Assembly (NCBI GenBank): GCA_033549025.1
Contig: JAWSUS010000005.1
Span: forward strand, 32,001 to 96,000
Direction: 5' to 3'
DNA: 64,000 bases
From: Desulfuromonadales bacterium
GTDB lineage: Bacteria > Desulfobacterota > Desulfuromonadia > Desulfuromonadales > SZUA-540
Shown: one piece after another, positions 58,562 through 64,000 of the stretch
How the letters are laid out: every line of letters starts with the position of its first letter
How positions within the stretch are numbered: the stretch's first letter is position 1
Made by a program: the position numbers and the translations under genes
The notes under the pieces: generated by a model
Seen by the model: the letters and a program-made list of their open reading frames with translations, nothing else
Told to the model about the DNA's origin: nothing
Database searches by the model: none

Positions 58562-59473
58562 TTATCCTGAGCGAGGCTTTTTTTCTTCCGCTTCCACCAG
58601 GAGCCGCCCGCTGAGGTCATCCATGAACTGGCTGGCGACCCGTCCAGAGCGGGCGCCGCGGCGCATCGCCCATTGCAGCGCTTCTTTCTCCAGCCGTTTG
58701 GCCGATATTTTTATCTTTCGGCGGCGGCTCAAGTGACGTACAACGGCCAGGTAGGTCTCCTGGGACATGGGATAAAAACCGAGGGTGATGCCGAAGCGAT
58801 CGGACAGCGAGAGTTTTTCGGCGATGCGCTCCTCGGGGTGGATTTCCGCCTCCGGGCCGTTGTCTTCAAAGCGCTCCGGCATAAGATGGCGCCGGTTGCT
58901 GGTGGCATAGACGAGCACGTTGGCCGGCCGGGCCTCGATGCCGCCTTCGAGCAAGGCCTTGAGCTCCCGGTAGGAGACCTCCGACTCGTCAAAAGACAGG
59001 TCATCGCAGAAAAGGATGAAGCGATAGTTGAGGTCGCGCAGGCGGCTGGTGATGAGAGGGAGCTGGAAGAGGTCCTCCTTCTGCACCTCCACCAGGCGCA
59101 GACCCTGGCTGGAAAACCGGTTGATAAGCCCCTTGACGGCGGAGGACTTGCCGCTGCCCCGCTCGCCCCACAAGAGCACGTTGTTGGCCGGATAGCCCCG
59201 GACGAACTGCAGGGTGTTCTGGTTGAGCCGCTGCAGGGTGGCGTCGATTCCGAGGAGATCCGCATGGTCCGGCGTGTCCGGGAAGAGGACGGGCACCAGC
59301 CATCCGGATGGTCCCTGTTGTTGCCAGCGCAAAGCCAGGGTGTTCTGGAAAACCTCCGCCTCAAGTTCAACCTCGGCCAGTTGGCGCCCCAGATATTCTT
59401 CACCGAGATCCATGAGGGTTTCCACACGTTCGATCAGGTACGCCCAGTCGATATCCAGGTCGGAAAAATTCAT
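58562..59473 (-). CDS. DUF815 family AAA+ ATPase
   Basis: PANNVLLWGERGSGKSS, FCDDLSF, YATSNRRHL, SLSDRFG. Confidence 0.9.
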   Translation of the reverse strand: MNFSDLDIDWAYLIERVETLMDLGEEYLGRQLAEVELEAEVFQNTLALRWQQQGPSGWLVPVLFPDTPDHADLLGIDATLQRLNQNTLQFVRGYPANNVLLWGERGSGKSSAVKGLINRFSSQGLRLVEVQKEDLFQLPLITSRLRDLNYRFILFCDDLSFDESEVSYRELKALLEGGIEARPANVLVYATSNRRHLMPERFEDNGPEAEIHPEERIAEKLSLSDRFGITLGFYPMSQETYLAVVRHLSRRRKIKISAKRLEKEALQWAMRRGARSGRVASQFMDDLSGRLLVEAEEKKPRSG

Positions 59474-59618
59474 CGTACGGTAGCCTCCCGGTTGTTGGTC
59501 TCCATGGTGAAATAGTAGCAGAATTTGTTCGAAGACGCAGGGGGAAAGACATGGGGATTTCTGGTCAAGGCGCCGCCCCTGTGCTAGGATCGGCGCTCTG
59601 AGCGTTATGGGAGGGTCT

Positions 59619-60740
59619 GTGAAAAAACTGGAAGGACAACTTTTTGCGGTGACGGCTCCAGGACTGGAGGCGGTTTGCGCTGCCGAGCTGCACCAGCTCG
59701 GTATGGCCGGAGTCGCCGTGGTGCCGGGCGGAGTGGAGTTCACGGGAGGCCTGGCGGATATCTATCGCGCCAACCTGTGGCTGCGTACGGCCAGTCGCGT
59801 GGTGATCCGTCTCGGAACCTTTTGCAGTCGCGACTTTCCCGACCTGTACAAAAAGGCCCTGCGTTTGCCCTGGGGGCGCTTCATCCGGCGGGAGACCGCT
59901 GTCCGGGTGAAATCGGCGAGCCATCATTCCCGGCTCGTGCACAGCGGGCGTATCGCCGAAACGGTCGCCGCCGCCATCGATCGTGCCCTTGGCCGCCAGT
60001 CGGGGGAAGGGCAGGGCGAAGAGCAACTCATCCTCGTGCGCTTTGACGACGATCAGTGTCAGATTTCGGTCGATACCTCCGGTGAGCTGCTGCACCGCCG
60101 CGGCTATCGCGAAGAGTCGGCCCTGGCCCCTCTACGCGAAACCCTGGCGGCAGGTATCCTGGCGCTGCTGCGTTGGGATGGCCGGGCTCCACTGGTCGAT
60201 CCCATGTGCGGATCGGGCACCTTCGTTATCGAAGGTGCGCTGCTGGCGGCCAACCTGCCCCCGGGAGGGGGACGTCTCTTTGCTTTCATGAACTGGCCCG
60301 GTTTTCGTCCGGGTCTTTGGGAGGCTCTCAAGCTGGAAGCTGCCCGGGCCAGGCGCGAGATTGAGGTGCCTATCTGCGGGGCTGACCGGAATCCGGTGGC
60401 GCTGGCGGCGGCCAGGCGCAACGCCGAGCGCGCGGGAGTCGCCGATCTTGTCCGCCTGGAGGTGGCGGATCTGGCCGAAAGCCGGGCCAGCGCCGTGGCC
60501 GGCACCATTCTGTGCAATCCGCCTTATGGGGAGCGGTTAGGAAAAGGGGAGAATCTGGCCCCTCTCTATCGTCAACTGGGGGATGTTTACGCCCGGCGGT
60601 ATGGCGGCTGGCGGTGCGCTATTCTCTGCCCTGTCTCGCCGCTGGTTGACGCGGTCGGCCTCCCCCTGAAGAAAATTGCCGATCTGGTCAATGGCGGGCT
60701 CTCTGTCGGACTCTTTGTGGGCGACGGAGAGTGTAAGTGA
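59619..60740 (+). CDS. THUMP-domain RNA methyltransferase (RlmL/YpsC-like)
   Basis: LHRRGYR, APLRETLAA, DPMCGSGT, NPPYGERL. Confidence 0.9.
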   Translation: MKKLEGQLFAVTAPGLEAVCAAELHQLGMAGVAVVPGGVEFTGGLADIYRANLWLRTASRVVIRLGTFCSRDFPDLYKKALRLPWGRFIRRETAVRVKSASHHSRLVHSGRIAETVAAAIDRALGRQSGEGQGEEQLILVRFDDDQCQISVDTSGELLHRRGYREESALAPLRETLAAGILALLRWDGRAPLVDPMCGSGTFVIEGALLAANLPPGGGRLFAFMNWPGFRPGLWEALKLEAARARREIEVPICGADRNPVALAAARRNAERAGVADLVRLEVADLAESRASAVAGTILCNPPYGERLGKGENLAPLYRQLGDVYARRYGGWRCAILCPVSPLVDAVGLPLKKIADLVNGGLSVGLFVGDGECK

Positions 60741-60845
60741 GATTTATATTGATTTTTTGCTGATGTTGGTGTACGTTGCCGTCTTATCCTTCGCCAGGGA
60801 GACTTGGCGAAGTGTAAATAGATAAGAAAGCGAGGTGAAGAGTCA

Positions 60846-61040
60846 GTGGAAATCCATGTCGTCGACAACAACGTCGAAAAGGCGATCCGGGTTCTCAAGC
60901 GCAAGCTGCAGCAGGAAGGGTTGTTTCGTGAAATGAAGCAGCGCAAATTCTACGAAAAGCCCAGCGTCAAGCGCAAGCGCAAAGAGAAAGAAGCCCAGCG
61001 CCGGCTGCGTAAAAAAATGCGGCTGATGAAGACGGACTGA
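60846..61040 (+). CDS. rpsU: 30S ribosomal protein S21
   Basis: EKAIRVLKRK..FYEKPSVKRKRK; GTG start with GAGGTG RBS. Confidence 0.97.
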   Translation: MEIHVVDNNVEKAIRVLKRKLQQEGLFREMKQRKFYEKPSVKRKRKEKEAQRRLRKKMRLMKTD

Positions 61041-61064
61041 TCTCTCGCATTGAAGTATCACAGT

Positions 61065-61157
61065 AACGAAGAAGGGCCACCTGCCAAGCAGGTGGCCCTT
61101 CTTCGTTGGGACGTTATATAGCCAGCGGCCGCCTTCAGACTGGAAGGCGGCCGCTGG
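61065..61157. terminator. two tandem hairpins between convergent rpsU and gap
   Basis: 20-bp perfect inverted repeat at 61065-61107 and 15-bp inverted repeat at 61122-61157. Confidence 0.75.
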
Positions 61158-61173
61158 TGTTTTGAGTGATAGA

Positions 61174-62619
61174 TCAGGCCGGCAGGGCCGGCAGTTCGAG
61201 ACCGGCCATCTTTTCGACAATGCGTACCACCTGGGCGCTGTAGCCGAACTCGTTGTCGTACCAGACGTAGAGAACGCAGCGGTTGCCGTCGACGATGGTG
61301 GCCAGCGAGTCGACGATGCCGGCGTGCCGGGAACCAACAAAGTCGCTGGAGACGACCTCGGGTGAATTGGTGTAGTCGATCTGCTGCTGCAGACCGGAGT
61401 TAAGCGAGATATCCCGCAGATAGCTGTTCAGTTCCTGCACGCTGGTCCCTTCGTTCAGGGTCAGGTTGAGTATGGCCAGGGAGACGTTGGGGGTCGGTAC
61501 GCGAATGGCGTTGCCGGTGAGTTTCCCCGTCAGTTCCGGCAGCGCTTTGGCCACCGCCTTGGCGGCCCCCGTCTCGGTGATGACCATGTTGAGCGGGGCG
61601 CTGCGGCCGCGGCGGTTGTTCTTGTGGTAGTTGTCGATCAGGTTCTGGTCATTGGTGTAAGAATGACAGGTCTCCACATGGCCGTGTACGATGCCGAACC
61701 GGTCGTTGACCGCTTTGAGCACGGGAACGATCGCGTTGGTGGTGCAGCTGGCGGCGGAAAAGATTTTTTCGAGGGGGCTGATGAGCTCGTTGTTGACGCC
61801 GTAGACGATGTTGGGGATGTCCCCTTTGCCCGGCGCCGTGAGGATGACGGCAGAGGTTCCTTTGGCCTTGAGATGGCGGCCGAGCCCGTCGCGGTCGCGC
61901 CATTTTCCCGTGTTGTCGATAACGATGGCGTCCTTGATGCCGTACTGGGTGTAGTCGACCTCTTCAGGGGCATCGGCGTAGATAATGCGGATCATGTTGC
62001 CGTTGGCCACAATGGCGTTTTCCTGCTCATCGACCGTGATGGCGCCGCGGAAAAAGCCATGGACGGAGTCCCGGCGCAACAAGCTGGCCCGCTTGATGAG
62101 ATCGTCGGCACTGCCCTTGCGTACAACGGCGGCCCGCAGACGCAGTTTGTCGCCGCCGCCGGTCTTTTCGATCAGAAGCCGGGCGAGCAAGCGGCCGATG
62201 CGGCCAAAGCCGTAAAGGACGATATCCTGGGGTTCCTGGCGCATGGAGCCCTTGCCGGTGTTGACCGAAGTCAGTTCGCGGCGGACGAACTGCTCCACCG
62301 GCTCTCCGGCGGCCTGGGCCTGGTAGCGAACCGTCAGTTTGCCAATATCGATGCGGGCCGGGGCTAGATCCAGCTCGCCGATCACTTTGAGGATGGGGAA
62401 GCTGTCCCTTACCGACAGTTCGTTCTCCAGAATCTGGCGGGCAAAACGATGGGCCTTGAGGATGTCGATGGTGGACGGATTGATCAGCGTCCGCCCGTAG
62501 ACGGAGATGACCACGTTGCGGTCGCGATAGAGTCGGCCGATGATGGGGAGCATCGCCTCGGCGATCTCTTCCCGCTGCTGCCAGTCCTTGAGGTAATCGT
62601 CCTGCTTTGTCGAATTCAT
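61174..62619 (-). CDS. gap: glyceraldehyde-3-phosphate dehydrogenase, long form with N-terminal extension
   Basis: YGFGRIGR, ASCTTN, WYDNEFGY; ~130-aa N-terminal extension. Confidence 0.95.
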   Translation of the reverse strand: MNSTKQDDYLKDWQQREEIAEAMLPIIGRLYRDRNVVISVYGRTLINPSTIDILKAHRFARQILENELSVRDSFPILKVIGELDLAPARIDIGKLTVRYQAQAAGEPVEQFVRRELTSVNTGKGSMRQEPQDIVLYGFGRIGRLLARLLIEKTGGGDKLRLRAAVVRKGSADDLIKRASLLRRDSVHGFFRGAITVDEQENAIVANGNMIRIIYADAPEEVDYTQYGIKDAIVIDNTGKWRDRDGLGRHLKAKGTSAVILTAPGKGDIPNIVYGVNNELISPLEKIFSAASCTTNAIVPVLKAVNDRFGIVHGHVETCHSYTNDQNLIDNYHKNNRRGRSAPLNMVITETGAAKAVAKALPELTGKLTGNAIRVPTPNVSLAILNLTLNEGTSVQELNSYLRDISLNSGLQQQIDYTNSPEVVSSDFVGSRHAGIVDSLATIVDGNRCVLYVWYDNEFGYSAQVVRIVEKMAGLELPALPA

Positions 62620-62685
62620 GGGCGTTTCCTTTTATGGGTTAATGAATCAAGACAGGTGGGATCAGGATAGCTCAAAACCGGGCGT

Positions 62686-62714
62686 ATCCTAAACGAACTT
62701 CCCCCCTTTTTCAA
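62686..62714 (-). promoter_or_regulatory. sigma70-like promoter of gap
   Basis: TTGAAA-N17-TAGGAT on the minus strand. Confidence 0.45.
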
Positions 62715-62844
62715 CCCCCTTGACGGTAAAAATGGCGACTTTGGGCTGGACTTCACAGGGGTGAGCTGATATCTATTATCCGGTTGCATCTGGTAGTAAC
62801 ACTGTGTTTTGAAATAGTCGAAAAAGACAGGGAGGCTGGAAGTC

Positions 62845-63825
62845 ATGGGCAAAAAAGTGCATTTCAGTGAGTTGGGGCTGGTCAATACCCGGGACATGTT
62901 CCAAAAGGCCGTGGGGGGTGGTTACGCCATTCCCGCCTATAACTTTAATAACCTCGAACAGTTGCAGGCCATTGTCATGGCCTGTGCCGAGACGGCTTCA
63001 CCCGTCATCATTCAGGTCAGCAAAGGGGCCCGCAGCTACGCCAACAGCACCATGCTGCGCTATATGGCCCTGGGAGCGGTGGAAATGGTGCGCGAAATGG
63101 GGTCCAATATTCCCATCGCCCTGCACCTGGACCACGGCGACTCCCTGGAGCTGTGTCAGTCCTGTGTCGACTCCGGCTTTTCCTCGGTCATGATCGACGG
63201 TTCCCACCTGCCTTACGAAGAAAACGTAGCGCTGACCCGCCAGGTTGTCGAATATGCCCACGCCCACGACGTGACCGTCGAGGGGGAGCTGGGTGTTCTG
63301 GCCGGCATCGAGGACGAGGTGCAGGCCGATCATTCCACCTACACCAAGCCCGAGGAGGTCGAGGATTTCGTCAAGAAGACGGGAGTCGACTCTCTGGCGA
63401 TCTCCATCGGAACCAGCCATGGCGCCTATAAGTTCAAGCTCAAGGAAGGGGAGCAGGTGCCGCCGCTGCGCTTCGATATCCTCACGGAGATCGAGAAGCG
63501 GATCCCCGGTTTCCCCATCGTGCTGCACGGAGCTTCCAGCGTGGTGCAGGACTATGTCCGCCTGATCAACGCGTACGGCGGCCGCATGGAAGGGGCGGTC
63601 GGTGTGCCCGAGGACCAGCTGCGACAGGCGGCGGCCAGTGCCGTGTGCAAGATCAATATCGACTCCGATGGCCGACTGGCGGTCACCGCCAAGGTTCGCG
63701 AATATCTGGCCAACCATCCCGAGGAGTTCGACCCGCGCAAGTATCTCGGCGAAGCCCGCAAGGAGCTGATCACCCTCATCAAGCACAAGAACGAGACGGT
63801 GCTGGGCAGCGCCGGCAAGGCCTGA
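62845..63825 (+). CDS. fba: class II fructose-1,6-bisphosphate aldolase
   Basis: HLDHG, SVMIDGS, EGELG, GTSHGAYK, VLHGAS. Confidence 0.96.
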   Translation: MGKKVHFSELGLVNTRDMFQKAVGGGYAIPAYNFNNLEQLQAIVMACAETASPVIIQVSKGARSYANSTMLRYMALGAVEMVREMGSNIPIALHLDHGDSLELCQSCVDSGFSSVMIDGSHLPYEENVALTRQVVEYAHAHDVTVEGELGVLAGIEDEVQADHSTYTKPEEVEDFVKKTGVDSLAISIGTSHGAYKFKLKEGEQVPPLRFDILTEIEKRIPGFPIVLHGASSVVQDYVRLINAYGGRMEGAVGVPEDQLRQAAASAVCKINIDSDGRLAVTAKVREYLANHPEEFDPRKYLGEARKELITLIKHKNETVLGSAGKA

Positions 63826-63844
63826 ACGCCCTGAAAAACACCCC

Positions 63845-63882
63845 AATAGAAAAGGCCGCCTCATCGGGCGGCCTTTTCTATT
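63845..63882. terminator. bidirectional intrinsic terminator
   Basis: AATAGAAAAGGCCGCC / GGCGGCCTTTTCTATT 16-bp inverted repeat. Confidence 0.85.
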
Positions 63883-63888
63883 GGCGGG

Positions 63889-64000
63889 TTATTCGGGACG
63901 GTGATGGTTCTGCGGCAGGGCTTTGAACCTCACCTCCAGCGACAGGGTCTGCGTGTCCCGTTCGATGATCAGTGTCGCCAGGTCGCCTTCCTGACGCTGC
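63889..64000 (-). CDS. 3' end of a gene entering from beyond the window (PDZ-like C-terminus)
   Basis: Manual translation QRQEGDLATLIIERDTQTLSLEVRFKALPQNHHRPE-stop, converging on the terminator. Confidence 0.5.
   Translation of the reverse strand, partial: QRQEGDLATLIIERDTQTLSLEVRFKALPQNHHRPE

Overview
A GC-rich core-chromosome window, inferred to come from a Desulfuromonadales/Geobacter-like deltaproteobacterium. It carries about 55 CDSs. These include DUF2339/DUF3999, purB, an IclR regulator, an acetate-permease-like symporter locus with a cNMP-CBS-DUF294 protein, thioredoxin/CcdA, an ABC-F ATPase and an OpuA glycine-betaine transporter with a MarR regulator. Further along are a DEAD-box helicase, a SPASM/radical SAM protein, an Xis-HTH/PTS-EIIA regulator heading a complete Ehr (Ni-less hydrogenase-4-like) membrane complex, aroC and an acyl-CoA ligase. 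The last part holds a liv/ior/paaK cluster, serB-sfsA-tmcAL, lemA-TPM, an orphan AbiEi-like gene, PAS-GGDEF-EAL, clpS-clpA-aat, rpsU, gap and fba. I saw no CRISPR array, IS element, tRNA or rRNA. Six signals stand out. (1) A hidden 83-aa CxxU selenoprotein (AhpD/CMD-like) with a SECIS hairpin lies tail-to-tail with the Ehr operon and is missed by the ORF track. (2) An ~86-nt candidate sRNA has its own sigma70 promoter, terminator and anti-Shine-Dalgarno tracts. (3) A J-domain protein carries four tandem MshEN-like c-di-GMP-binding motifs. (4) The ABC ATPase LivF is fused in frame to the phenylacetate-CoA ligase PaaK. (5) Phased direct repeats sit at the Xis-HTH/EIIA promoter. (6) The DEAD-box helicase has a long structured leader. 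All product calls come from motif recognition by eye; no database search was run.
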